This document shows, piece after piece, positions 27,856-37,245 of a DNA stretch of 43,943 bases. The notes under the pieces were generated by a model. That model saw only the letters and a program-made list of their open reading frames with translations. It was not told the DNA's origin and did no database searches. Within the stretch, counting starts at the first letter, position 1. Every line of letters starts with the position of its first letter. The position numbers and the translations under genes were made by a program. Source of the stretch: Cyanobacteria bacterium auto_48_18 (GTDB lineage Bacteria > Cyanobacteriota > Vampirovibrionia > Obscuribacterales > Obscuribacteraceae); assembly GCA_036170915.1 (NCBI GenBank), contig JAVHQC010000031.1, positions 1-43,943 on the forward strand, given 5' to 3'.

Positions 27856-28233
27856 ATGCAGATTCGTCTTTTTAATCGTCAAGACGACAAAGAGTTGCGA
27901 GCACTGGTACAGGCAATCAATGAAAGCCAGGGTACTGTGATGGACCTGGACGGTAAAGACAACGATTTGCGCAATGTAGAAGGAAGTTACTTTGGCCATG
28001 ACGGCCTTTTTCTAGTAGCTGAAGACGCAGGCAGCATCATTGCATTCTGTGGCGCACGCATTGGTACAAGCGCAAGTAACGTCGCCGGTGAAATTCTAGA
28101 AGTAACCAGACTCTGGTCTAAAGATGGAATCGACAAATCTATTGTGGAACAGCTAATAAGCACTGTGCGCAATCATGCCTGGCAATTAGATTTTGACAAA
28201 GTACTAGTGGGCGACGATTTAATTGCCAGTTAG
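27856..28233 (+). CDS. Small GNAT-fold-like protein
   Basis: IRLF..DDKELRALV..DLRNVEGSYF..FLVAE..IIAFCG..LEVTRLW; GAGG RBS; acetyl-CoA motif degenerate. Confidence 0.6.
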   Translation: MQIRLFNRQDDKELRALVQAINESQGTVMDLDGKDNDLRNVEGSYFGHDGLFLVAEDAGSIIAFCGARIGTSASNVAGEILEVTRLWSKDGIDKSIVEQLISTVRNHAWQLDFDKVLVGDDLIAS

Positions 28234-28301
28234 ATACCTGAAAGGCCTGGCAAAGTTTTCGCGACAATGGACCCATTCAATTTTCGCGCCTTAGGAAAAA
28301 A

Positions 28302-28343
28302 TACAACCCATAAGTTGTATTTTTCCACAACTTAGAGGTTGTA
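28302..28343. promoter_or_regulatory. Two tandem 18-bp palindromes YACAAC-N6-GTTGTA
   Basis: TACAACCCATAAGTTGTA (28302-28319) and CACAACTTAGAGGTTGTA (28326-28343). Confidence 0.55.
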
Positions 28344-28424
28344 AAAAAACCCTAGACAGCATATCGGGACCCCCATAAGGAAGTCCCGAATTTGCTCAAA
28401 GCCCGCGATAACTCACCCTGAACC

Positions 28425-30533
28425 CTATTGAGGCTCAATTCCGATTCTAATTTGCGGCAGATTCTTGCCCAAATTATTCAAAGTCTGGTAGGTCAAAGCA
28501 GCCACGTCTGCCCGTGTAGCATTAACATTGGGCTTGATTTGACTGGGGTCTGGATAACTGACAAGGATATGAGCCTTAGCAGCTTTAGCAACAGAAGGTG
28601 CTGCCCAGGCCGGTACAGACGCACCATCGCCATATGAATTGAGAATAGAGGTGTCGCCAGCAGAAACATTACCAGGCAATGCCTTAGCCAAAATCACAAG
28701 CGCTTGAGCGCGGGTAATCTTATCTTCAGGCTTGAAGCTGCCATCAGGAAAACCAGTCACCAGGCCGGCTTGACTCACCGAAGCAATAGCGCGGTTAGCC
28801 CAATAAGAACCGGAGACGTCGGCAAAACTAGCAGGCCCTGAAGCAGCAGGCAAACTTAGCGCCTTGACGGCAATGGCGGCAAACTGAGCGCGGGTGATGC
28901 CATCATCTGGCTTGAATGAACCATCCGGAAATCCGCCAATGATGCCACGTTGTGTCAGTTGACCCACGTACGACTCGGCCCAATGGCCCTTGGTATCAAA
29001 TGGCACGCTTGCGCTTGAAATTGGCGGCGGCGCTTCAGCGTCATTAGGTTGTTCACTAGAACGAGATTGTCGGCGATTTCTGTTGGGCCGGCCTTCATCG
29101 TTGCGATCGAGTCTAGCGCTAACTTCTGGCACTGCCCTCATCGACTGGCGCAACTGGGTGTTTACTTGATCAAGGTCATTAGCCAGAGACAACGTCTCGG
29201 CATCTGTCAAAAGACCATCAGCTCTGAACAGACGCTCATTGGCCGAGACTCTATCGAGTTGGTTGCGCATCTGCGCATAAACCTCTTCAGAAATGCGCTG
29301 ACTCGAGCGAGCGGCATCAAGTTGAGTTTGCAAGCGATTCTGGCGATCTGACAAAGAATTATTGTTGCCTCGACCACCTGGACCATTTGGATTTGACGTC
29401 GCAATCAGGCTGCGTTCAAGGCGTTTATTCAACCTTCCCAGGTCATCAGCCAGGGTTAAAGTCTCTGTGTCAGAAAGCATTCCATCAGCTCGGTATGTTG
29501 CTTCCAGACCAGTAATACGATCGAACTCCTGCTTCAGCATCGACAGTTCTTGTGCATCTAATTTGCCAGAAGATTGGCCCGTAATTAAGCGCTCTGAAAT
29601 TTGTCTTTGCATATCGTTAATGCCGGGGTTTGCACCACCTGTAGCACCACCTTGATTATTGCTTATGGCAGTGAAGCGCTCGAGTTTGCTGTTGAGCCGC
29701 TCCATATCGAGGGCCAGCGACAGTTGATCTTCGGTACTGAGAACGCGTCCGCTAGCGGTCATCTGCGTATTGCGAGTACCAATGCGAGTTAACTCTTGAC
29801 GATAATTTTCGGCGTCGGCGGCATTTAAACGACCAGCTGTAGACAGATCGTTAATGCGAGTCAATAGTTCTTTGCCTTTAGCAGTGAAATCCATATCGCC
29901 GCCGGTGCGTGCTTTTAGTTGCGTTTCAAAAGCACTAGATAAGCGGTCAAGCTCTAAAGCGAGCTCAAGAGTTTGTGTGCTGGTGAGCGCGCCGGCCGCC
30001 TTATATGAAGCCTCTTTTTCATTTATGCGATTGAGTGTTCTTCTGAATTCTGCTGCTTCCATTGCGGTGAGACGCCCGGCAGTGACGGCTTCAGTTAGTC
30101 TGGTTTGAATATCAAGCTGGCGACCATCGACATCTGTAAGGCCGATAGCTGTTCGCTCATGCATACCTTTTTCAATGTTAGAGGAAAGCGCGTCAAGTTC
30201 TAGTGTGAGCCTGGCTTTTTGGAAAAATGAAAATCTGCCGCCGGCTTTATAGCCATCTTCCGCATTTTTCAAGCGAATAAGCTCTTGTTTAAATGGTGCG
30301 GCTTCTGCAGCGGTCAACCGACCAGCTGCAATGGCGTCAGCAATTTTTTTATCAAGATCAGAACGTCTTTTTTCAACATCTAGCATTGATTGCATCGGAT
30401 TGAAATTATTGCCACCATTCTGAGCTTGTGCAGCGGGTGCCAACCCAACAGCTAAAGTCGTGACAACGGTTAATAGGGCCAACGATGTAGCCAGACCAAA
30501 ACGCGTCTTGTTTGTCTTTGTTTGCGAACGCAT
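28425..30533 (-). CDS. Exported protein with five ~70-aa helical repeats and three C-terminal SLH domains
   Basis: GHWA..GFPDGSFKPDDGITRAQ, YWA..GFPDGSFKPEDKITRAQ, AWA..ATRAD; signal peptide; ATG 30533 with AAGGGG RBS. Confidence 0.88.
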   Translation of the reverse strand: MRSQTKTNKTRFGLATSLALLTVVTTLAVGLAPAAQAQNGGNNFNPMQSMLDVEKRRSDLDKKIADAIAAGRLTAAEAAPFKQELIRLKNAEDGYKAGGRFSFFQKARLTLELDALSSNIEKGMHERTAIGLTDVDGRQLDIQTRLTEAVTAGRLTAMEAAEFRRTLNRINEKEASYKAAGALTSTQTLELALELDRLSSAFETQLKARTGGDMDFTAKGKELLTRINDLSTAGRLNAADAENYRQELTRIGTRNTQMTASGRVLSTEDQLSLALDMERLNSKLERFTAISNNQGGATGGANPGINDMQRQISERLITGQSSGKLDAQELSMLKQEFDRITGLEATYRADGMLSDTETLTLADDLGRLNKRLERSLIATSNPNGPGGRGNNNSLSDRQNRLQTQLDAARSSQRISEEVYAQMRNQLDRVSANERLFRADGLLTDAETLSLANDLDQVNTQLRQSMRAVPEVSARLDRNDEGRPNRNRRQSRSSEQPNDAEAPPPISSASVPFDTKGHWAESYVGQLTQRGIIGGFPDGSFKPDDGITRAQFAAIAVKALSLPAASGPASFADVSGSYWANRAIASVSQAGLVTGFPDGSFKPEDKITRAQALVILAKALPGNVSAGDTSILNSYGDGASVPAWAAPSVAKAAKAHILVSYPDPSQIKPNVNATRADVAALTYQTLNNLGKNLPQIRIGIEPQ

Positions 30534-30750
30534 ACTTCCCCTTTTCAATTGGATTTTAAAACTTACGCTCGTGCGAATATACGAGAGCGCACACAGGCTC
30601 ACAGTCTCGACTGTCTGAATAAGCAGAAACGTAGAGCTAAATGTAATGACTCAAGTGTTAGCTTTCAGGTTCCCAAATATAACTGCAAAAGGCGTCTGGC
30701 GCAGCATTATGAAACATTTCAAACTGACAAATTGGTTTGTTCGCGCACCT

Positions 30751-31113
30751 TTATGCTAATAAGCGGGTGATCAAAGCGAAATACGATTCAAGATCGCCCC
30801 GGGATAAACCCAACTGTGGTGCATGATCTTCAGCCACCATCTCAGCTATCGCTTCTTGGTTATTGAGCAAAAATGTGAGAAACGATTTTTCTTTGCTGCC
30901 GGCCGGAGCAACGCTTTGCGCGTACGCCAGTTCAGTTTGCTCAATGAAACCGTTGCCGTTTTTGTCGAGCTTGTCGAAAGCTTTGTAAGCGAAGTCTCGA
31001 ATGGCAATGATGTCTTGCAGGTCACCATCACCGTCAGACTGCATCCATTGCCTATCAAAGCTGTCAGATTCCTGACTGCTAGCTTGACCACCTAATTCGC
31101 CCATATTAGCCAT
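30751..31113 (-). CDS. Small EF-hand protein
   Basis: AFDKLDKNGNGFIEQTEL contains a canonical 12-residue loop. Confidence 0.75.
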   Translation of the reverse strand: MANMGELGGQASSQESDSFDRQWMQSDGDGDLQDIIAIRDFAYKAFDKLDKNGNGFIEQTELAYAQSVAPAGSKEKSFLTFLLNNQEAIAEMVAEDHAPQLGLSRGDLESYFALITRLLA

Positions 31114-31222
31114 CGCCCCATTAGAAAACTATCTTAGGTTCTTGATTCCACGGTGGCTCCCGGTCAAAACCGTTTGAGTCCTTGAAGTAAGTGGCAAGTA
31201 ATTGCTAACAGAGGAGACGGTT

Positions 31223-31384
31223 ATGGCGGACGAACACCTGAACAAAATGTGGCTGGCAGTAGTTGCCGGCTTGCTAATTGCCACATCTAACACCTGGCTA
31301 TTTAACTCGAATGACGATTCCGCGCAGAAGCGTTCTATATATAGCGCACCCTGGGTCTACCCTGGCGACCAACCACCGGTCTAG
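31223..31384 (+). CDS. Small single-TM protein (53 aa)
   Basis: GAGGAG RBS 6 nt before ATG 31223; hydrophobic WLAVVAGLLIAT; fills the intergenic gap. Confidence 0.6.
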   Translation: MADEHLNKMWLAVVAGLLIATSNTWLFNSNDDSAQKRSIYSAPWVYPGDQPPV

Positions 31385-31390
31385 AAGCTT

Positions 31391-32437
31391 TTAAATCAGG
31401 CGAAGAACGGTAAAAAGCCTAAAGAGTACATAGGCGAAACCTGCTGAAAAAGGAATGGTTAGAAGCCATGCCCGGGCCATTTCTGTGGCCACGAGCCAGC
31501 GCACGCCTTTGCGGCGGTTGGCGTAACCCACTCCCATCACTGTTGAAGCAATCACCTGCGAAGCTGAAACTGGCCCGCCAGTTACGGAGCCCACCACAAC
31601 AACTACAGCAGAAGCGAGTTCGGTGACAAAACCATGAACCGGTCTTTGCTTAAAGATACCGGAGCCAACGCGTTTGAGAATGCCGGGAGCCATTGCCACT
31701 ACCCCTAGTGTCAGACAAGCGCCGATGGACAATCGCACCCAGAGCGGAATAACATCACTCGAACTAAGCGGATTTTGAGGGCCTGCCATACTGGCCGCAC
31801 TCAGTGCCATCACTACTACACCCATAATTTTTTGACTATCATTGGCTCCATGGCCAAAGGCTAATGCCGGCAAAACAAGCCATTGAGACGCTTTCAGGGC
31901 ATTGTTAACCTTGACGGTAGCTCGAGCGAGGAGAAATTGCAAAAGATGCAGAGTGAAATAGCCTGCAGTAAAACCAATAAGCGGTGACAAAAATAAAGTA
32001 GTGATCACCCTGCAAACGCCAGTGGCTTGGAACCACGAAAAATTGCCCCAGTTTATATAGTCGAAATTACCGGTTGAGGCAAAAATGGCACCAATCAGGC
32101 CACCAACCAGAGCGTGTGTCGAACTTGAAGGCACACGCAGCAATCGCGTAAGAAAATTCCATAGAACAGCGGCCAGTAAGCCGCAGCTGAGCACACTTAA
32201 AAATGCTTCTCCGCGAGGATAATTTGTAATACCGGCAATGGCCGAGGCTACTTGTGAGCCACCCAAAAGTGCACCGAGAAATTCAAAAATAGCAGTGAGT
32301 AAAACCGCCTGCCAGAGCCGCAGTGAACGTGAGGCGATGGGGCTGGCGGCTACCGAGCTGCCGTCCTGAAAACCATTAGTATAGGCAAATACACATCCGC
32401 AAATAAAGACAAAAAGCAAGTGAGGGTTTACTGCCAT
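31391..32437 (-). CDS. pit: Inorganic phosphate transporter, PiT family
   Basis: NGFQDGS, EFLGA, PSSSTHALVGGLIG, HGANDSQK, PVSASQ. Confidence 0.93.
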   Translation of the reverse strand: MAVNPHLLFVFICGCVFAYTNGFQDGSSVAASPIASRSLRLWQAVLLTAIFEFLGALLGGSQVASAIAGITNYPRGEAFLSVLSCGLLAAVLWNFLTRLLRVPSSSTHALVGGLIGAIFASTGNFDYINWGNFSWFQATGVCRVITTLFLSPLIGFTAGYFTLHLLQFLLARATVKVNNALKASQWLVLPALAFGHGANDSQKIMGVVVMALSAASMAGPQNPLSSSDVIPLWVRLSIGACLTLGVVAMAPGILKRVGSGIFKQRPVHGFVTELASAVVVVVGSVTGGPVSASQVIASTVMGVGYANRRKGVRWLVATEMARAWLLTIPFSAGFAYVLFRLFTVLRLI

Positions 32438-32443
32438 GGCATG

Positions 32444-33112
32444 CTAACTAATTTTTACGATGACGTGGCGCAATTTCTCTGCAACAGTGTCGATGCACGT
32501 GGCAGTATGCATCATGGTACGGTAGACCTCCAGAGTTCGCAGAATAGTTTTAAAGTCATTGACCTCAAACAATTCGCGCATGGCATTGCGATACATTTTT
32601 TCGAAACGAGTTTCAGATTTGCGAGCTAGACTCGCCTGGGCTGAAGCTTCGCTAAAATTGCCGTCAAGATTGCGAAAAGAATTATGGAGGCAACGGGTGC
32701 CCTCCACTAAAGTACGCGCCATTTCAGAAAGGGTGGAATCACGTGGGCAATAATTGAGCGCTTCCACTTCGCGTGCGCTGTCTTTAGCAGAATTGATCAC
32801 TTCATCAAGCCTGACCGACAAATCGTATATGTCTTCCCTATCGAATGGAGTAACAAAAGATTCGGCCAGCTTTAAGTGCAGTGCTGCTTTTTGCTCATCG
32901 GCTTGACGCTCTAAGTCTCGTACTCGTTGGCAGCGCTCATAAGCGCCTGTACTGAGCCAGCTTTCTAGTGCTTCTACGCCTCTTAATGTGGTATCAGCCT
33001 GCGCCAGAAGCAAAGCATAAAAATTGACGCGAGGTTCGAAAAAATGCGAAAGACCCGGCAATTTTCTTTGCAACAAATGCCAGAACGATCTCTTGGAAGA
33101 TGAAGCCATCAC
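32444..33112 (-). CDS. DUF47 (PhoU-like) Pit accessory protein
   Basis: LERQADE..SFVTPFDREDIYDL..LDEV; directly upstream of pit. Confidence 0.92.
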   Translation of the reverse strand: MMASSSKRSFWHLLQRKLPGLSHFFEPRVNFYALLLAQADTTLRGVEALESWLSTGAYERCQRVRDLERQADEQKAALHLKLAESFVTPFDREDIYDLSVRLDEVINSAKDSAREVEALNYCPRDSTLSEMARTLVEGTRCLHNSFRNLDGNFSEASAQASLARKSETRFEKMYRNAMRELFEVNDFKTILRTLEVYRTMMHTATCIDTVAEKLRHVIVKIS

Positions 33113-33129
33113 AACCTGCTTGTTTTACT

Positions 33130-34119
33130 TCAAGCGCCGACGCCTGTTTCACTCAGTGCCGCTTTCAACGCTTCAAGAAAGTCATCGCCCTTGATTTGAG
33201 TCTCCGCTCCATCAGCCAACTGAAGCCGGGCAATTATGTCATCGATGCCGTTGAATTGCCAGCGGCCTCTGCCATTCTCAAGTTTGCTGAGAAAATTTGC
33301 CAGAGCGGTCAGATCAACCCTTTTCATTAGCGGTCTTGAAACATAGTCAACCCAGGTTTCATAGCGATAGTAAAACTCGTATCTTCTGCCGCACATTACT
33401 AAAATCCGCATGCGCTGTGTGCGGTTATGAATGGCCATAGGGTGCAATACAGATGAAATCCAGCTGGCACAACGCTCTCTATCAAGGGGGGCAAACGCAT
33501 TTTCTTCCATACGCACTACTAGCAAATCGATTTCAGGATACTCAGTCAAAGTAATCTTGCCGGCTTCAATGGCGTCTTCAGTGCAGGTGAGAAAATTGTC
33601 TTCTTCGCTCCAGTACCGACGTAAGTTATCTATTTTCTGAATTATTTTTGGTAAGCGGAGCAGCAGTTCTTCATAAAGAATTGCAGTGATCTCAGGGTAC
33701 GGTCGAGCGAAAACACTGGAGTTGAGTGGAGAGCGATCAGGATTAGTCCATGCCGACAGTACAAAAGCAATGCGAGCAGAATCGCGGTCGGCAAATATTC
33801 CAAAGTCGCCGGCGCTGGCGATATCAATTAATGTCTGCCGCTCTTCCGCCGCAGCTTGCGAATTAATCATGGCATAGAGGCAGACTAATCCGTCTTCATC
33901 AAAATGATTATTTGATACCACTTTGCACGGAGTTTGATCTTGCGATTGATCACGTTCAAGATAATGAAAAACAATCTGAGCGGAAAGATCGTCTTTGTAG
34001 ACAGATGGAGTGCCGCTATCTGGCCAGTGCGACAATGTAAGTACGGTAGCATCGTTTGCCTTCCCGTCTACAATTAAATTGGGAGTCTGACCCAATTTAT
34101 GGTAAGGCACATAGCGCAT
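33130..34119 (-). CDS. DUF6687-like protein (possible DHH-related phosphoesterase)
   Basis: IVDG..LTLSHWP..DDLSAQI..VSNNHFDEDG..AGDFG; family assignment from memory. Confidence 0.65.
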   Translation of the reverse strand: MRYVPYHKLGQTPNLIVDGKANDATVLTLSHWPDSGTPSVYKDDLSAQIVFHYLERDQSQDQTPCKVVSNNHFDEDGLVCLYAMINSQAAAEERQTLIDIASAGDFGIFADRDSARIAFVLSAWTNPDRSPLNSSVFARPYPEITAILYEELLLRLPKIIQKIDNLRRYWSEEDNFLTCTEDAIEAGKITLTEYPEIDLLVVRMEENAFAPLDRERCASWISSVLHPMAIHNRTQRMRILVMCGRRYEFYYRYETWVDYVSRPLMKRVDLTALANFLSKLENGRGRWQFNGIDDIIARLQLADGAETQIKGDDFLEALKAALSETGVGA

Positions 34120-34222
34120 GCGCAGACACCGTGATTCCTAACTCATCAATACCAGCTTATCAAAAAGCCGCGATGCCGGGTCGCGAAATTCAAGGCAGAC
34201 AGTAAGTTTTAGATTTCTCTTC

Positions 34223-35548
34223 CTAATCTATGGAGGGAGAGAAAATTTTGTTTAGCCAATCGCGGAACGATCTCGCCCAGTCAGAAGTTTGAAACGATTG
34301 TCGTTCAATCATTCGCGTGTAGGCGCCGTTAATCTCCACATTGTATGGAGAAAGAGCGTGAGCCAGTTCATAGTAGTGCAGTGCTTGGCTGTAGTTATGA
34401 GCATAATTTTCTTCGAGCTTGCCGAGCAAATAGACGCCTTCGAGCGATTTTGGATCTTCCGCTAGAAATTTCACCACTTCGGCTTTGGCTAGTCGCGGCC
34501 GGTTGCCTTTATAGAACATGTCAGCGAGATAGTAATGGAAAGCCGGTTTGACAGTTAGTTTATCTTTTAGCAGGCCAGCGTAAAAACGATTTAGTTGCTC
34601 CTCTATAAAGGATGTGGACATCGTCTTTACCAACTTCGAAAGCACTTCAGACGAAACCAGCGGTCCACCAATATATTGGGCTTCTTTTCGCAAGAAATAA
34701 AATGCGGGTTGAATCGCTTCTTTATACTGGCCAGACCAGTAGCGGCAACGCAGTAAATCTTCGGCACTTTGACCGTAACTGGGCGCCTGGTCATAGAGGT
34801 TCTGTAACGGTACAATCGCCTGCTCAAATTTCCCCTGGTTCATGAGAGCGTTTGCTTTGACCCGCAAAGCCAGAGGGAAATTGGGATATTGGGCCAGTTC
34901 TTCGTCAGCTAACTTGATAGCCTTAGGCGGATTAGTTGCTTCGTACAATTCGGCCAATTCAGCGGCCAAATGCTTAATCTTAGAGCCCGACTCATATGCT
35001 TGTTTGAGAATGCGTTCAGCTGCATACCAGTGTTTGTTTTCTTTAAAATTCATGCCCATGAAATACAAAATTTCAGGGGAGTCGGGGAAGCGCTTGAGGG
35101 ATTTTTCAAGCAACTCAGTGGCGCCACGAGTATCGTGTTTTGCCAATATATGGTTCATGAGACCAGCAGTTGCTCTTGGATCTTTGGGGCCGAGTTTATC
35201 AGCCAGTTCGTATTGTGCCACGGCTTGATCAGGCAAACCAATTTCGTCGAAAACCAGGCCCAAATATAGATGCAGCTTGTAATTTGTAGGATACTTCTCT
35301 GCCAATTCCTCCAACTGGCGCTGAGATGCCTCTGTCAGACGACGACCGTCAAGTTCTTCTTGAACGCGTCTGAGCACGTCTCCCACAATCATGCCGCCGG
35401 GCAGCTGGGCGTCTGTGAGTTCGTCTTTGCGAAAAGTAGGACTGCTTGTCTCAGCGCAGGCTGAAAAGCAATCTAGCTTGAGTGAACTGGAGACGATAGT
35501 GAAACAAGTGATGGCACCGGCGATGGCAAATTTAATTTGTCGTGTCAC
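34223..35548 (-). CDS. Exported TPR-repeat protein
   Basis: Repeated TPR-like helices (LHLYLGLVF..A...YE.A..L.P); N-terminal signal; GGAAGGA RBS. Confidence 0.85.
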   Translation of the reverse strand: MTRQIKFAIAGAITCFTIVSSSLKLDCFSACAETSSPTFRKDELTDAQLPGGMIVGDVLRRVQEELDGRRLTEASQRQLEELAEKYPTNYKLHLYLGLVFDEIGLPDQAVAQYELADKLGPKDPRATAGLMNHILAKHDTRGATELLEKSLKRFPDSPEILYFMGMNFKENKHWYAAERILKQAYESGSKIKHLAAELAELYEATNPPKAIKLADEELAQYPNFPLALRVKANALMNQGKFEQAIVPLQNLYDQAPSYGQSAEDLLRCRYWSGQYKEAIQPAFYFLRKEAQYIGGPLVSSEVLSKLVKTMSTSFIEEQLNRFYAGLLKDKLTVKPAFHYYLADMFYKGNRPRLAKAEVVKFLAEDPKSLEGVYLLGKLEENYAHNYSQALHYYELAHALSPYNVEINGAYTRMIERQSFQTSDWARSFRDWLNKIFSPSID

Positions 35549-35806
35549 TCTAAACGTCCTTCCAACATGATTTTTAAATCGCGCAGCTATTAATGCTAGC
35601 TATTATAGCCTCACTTGGCAGCAGATTAATTATCACTAACCATGGTTACTGCCAGAAAGTTTTTTGATTCAAATAGCAAAGCAAATGGGAATAAGTATAT
35701 TGGTGCATCTTTTGCAGGCGTCGGGGTTTCAGTGTTTGAGTGATATCAAAAATTGAACATTTCCGGCACTCATTAGTAATTTGATTTTCCCGGGGGGGAA
35801 TGACCC

Positions 35807-36301
35807 ATGAAGTTTAAGCGGAAAACCAGAGGTGGTCAGATAGCTGAATTGGCTCCGGCACTGCTGATTCTGTTTGTCATTATCCTGTTTCCGATGATGG
35901 ACATAATCTACCTGGGGCTCGGTTACTGCGCGGGCTGGTACCTCAATCATATGACTGCTAGAGCCTGTTCTACCGTGAGCCCGCCATCTAAAGACGCGGC
36001 TGCATTTCCTGCTGCAATTACTGCCATGAATAATGCCTGGGCAAGCAGCTCTCTCAGCGGTTTTACCGGTGCGGCCATTGCTTCGAACACGGCCAGAGCT
36101 GTTGATTTCGGCTCGACCGTGGACCGCGAAACCGGTTTTCCAATGCAATATGTTGAAGTCAACACGCAGGTTAGGGTTAATCCATTTTTCTCATTGGCTT
36201 CAGTACCATTTTTGAATTCTCTGAACATAGATGGATTAACTAGACCGATAACTTTCAATTACATCGATAAGCGCCCTATGGAAGAGACCGGAGAAAATTA
36301 A
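35807..36301 (+). CDS. TadE/TadG-like minor pilin
   Basis: Basic leader, then G|GQIAE (Glu+5) and a hydrophobic helix. Confidence 0.8.
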   Translation: MKFKRKTRGGQIAELAPALLILFVIILFPMMDIIYLGLGYCAGWYLNHMTARACSTVSPPSKDAAAFPAAITAMNNAWASSSLSGFTGAAIASNTARAVDFGSTVDRETGFPMQYVEVNTQVRVNPFFSLASVPFLNSLNIDGLTRPITFNYIDKRPMEETGEN

Positions 36302-36335
36302 CTGTTGAACAGAAGTAATACTGAGGACAAATAAA

Positions 36336-36761
36336 TTGAAAGCGTTGAATATGCGGCATAGAAATCAGAAGGGCAGTAGCTTAGTCGAGACTACTGTAGG
36401 AAGCATCTTCATCATCATGATTGCCTTGTTTTTACTAGACGTAGCTTCCATCGTCATTTGTCAAACCCAAAATGATGCACTGGCAAAGCACTGCGCCCGA
36501 GCGGCCGCAGGCCAGGACACCGCAGGCAAAGCTAGAACTGCAGTTGATGATGTCGTATTAGAATTCCAAAAGAGTGGTGGCGGTTCAAAGATCTGTTTAT
36601 TCAATAAAGCAGATATGGACTACACCGCCGCGCAAGTTTTGGTAAAAACAGAAGTGACCTGCAACTTCCCCGTTCCCATCCCCTTTGGCCCTGGTTACAT
36701 GAATTTTGCGTCAGAGGCAACAGAGCCTGTGATAGCCGACGTGGTACCACCTGGTCCGTAA
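36336..36761 (+). CDS. TadE-like minor pilin
   Basis: RNQKG|SSLVE prepilin site, TM helix, ARAAA motif. Confidence 0.82.
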   Translation: MKALNMRHRNQKGSSLVETTVGSIFIIMIALFLLDVASIVICQTQNDALAKHCARAAAGQDTAGKARTAVDDVVLEFQKSGGGSKICLFNKADMDYTAAQVLVKTEVTCNFPVPIPFGPGYMNFASEATEPVIADVVPPGP

Positions 36762-36774
36762 TTCAGATTTATGC

Positions 36775-37206
36775 TTATGACTTTTGCAAAAGCGAATTGT
36801 GCTTAGGAATAAGCATTAACGGCTCTTTGGCAATGGGCTCATCGAGCACGTCTTTGACACTTACTGTCGAGCGCGGATCTGCTTTAATCGCCAGCTCGGT
36901 AATTTTCTTGATATCTATTTGACCGGCATTATAAATCACCACGCCGCCGTAAGGCTTGCGCAAAGCCAATTCGCAACGGCTCACGCCTTTTGTGGCCCGA
37001 AGAACGGAGCGAATCTTAAGCAAACAAGTGGCGCAACTTGCCCCTTCTAACCGGAAATCAAGACGGCGCATTTTCTGCCCAAAGGCCGCGGGTGTGCTTG
37101 TGGTATTTGTAGTTGTGGAAACGGGTTTTGCCGCACAAACAGGAGCTTGAGCGAATATCACCAACCCACTCAAAGTAGTCAAAGCCAAATTATGTATGAG
37201 TGCCAT
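36775..37206 (-). CDS. Exported heavy-metal-associated (HMA) domain protein
   Basis: Signal peptide; LEGASCATCL..I...L....GV. Confidence 0.82.
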   Translation of the reverse strand: MALIHNLALTTLSGLVIFAQAPVCAAKPVSTTTNTTSTPAAFGQKMRRLDFRLEGASCATCLLKIRSVLRATKGVSRCELALRKPYGGVVIYNAGQIDIKKITELAIKADPRSTVSVKDVLDEPIAKEPLMLIPKHNSLLQKS

Positions 37207-37245
37207 AAATAATCCTCTTTAGATTACCGATTTTTATACTTTATC

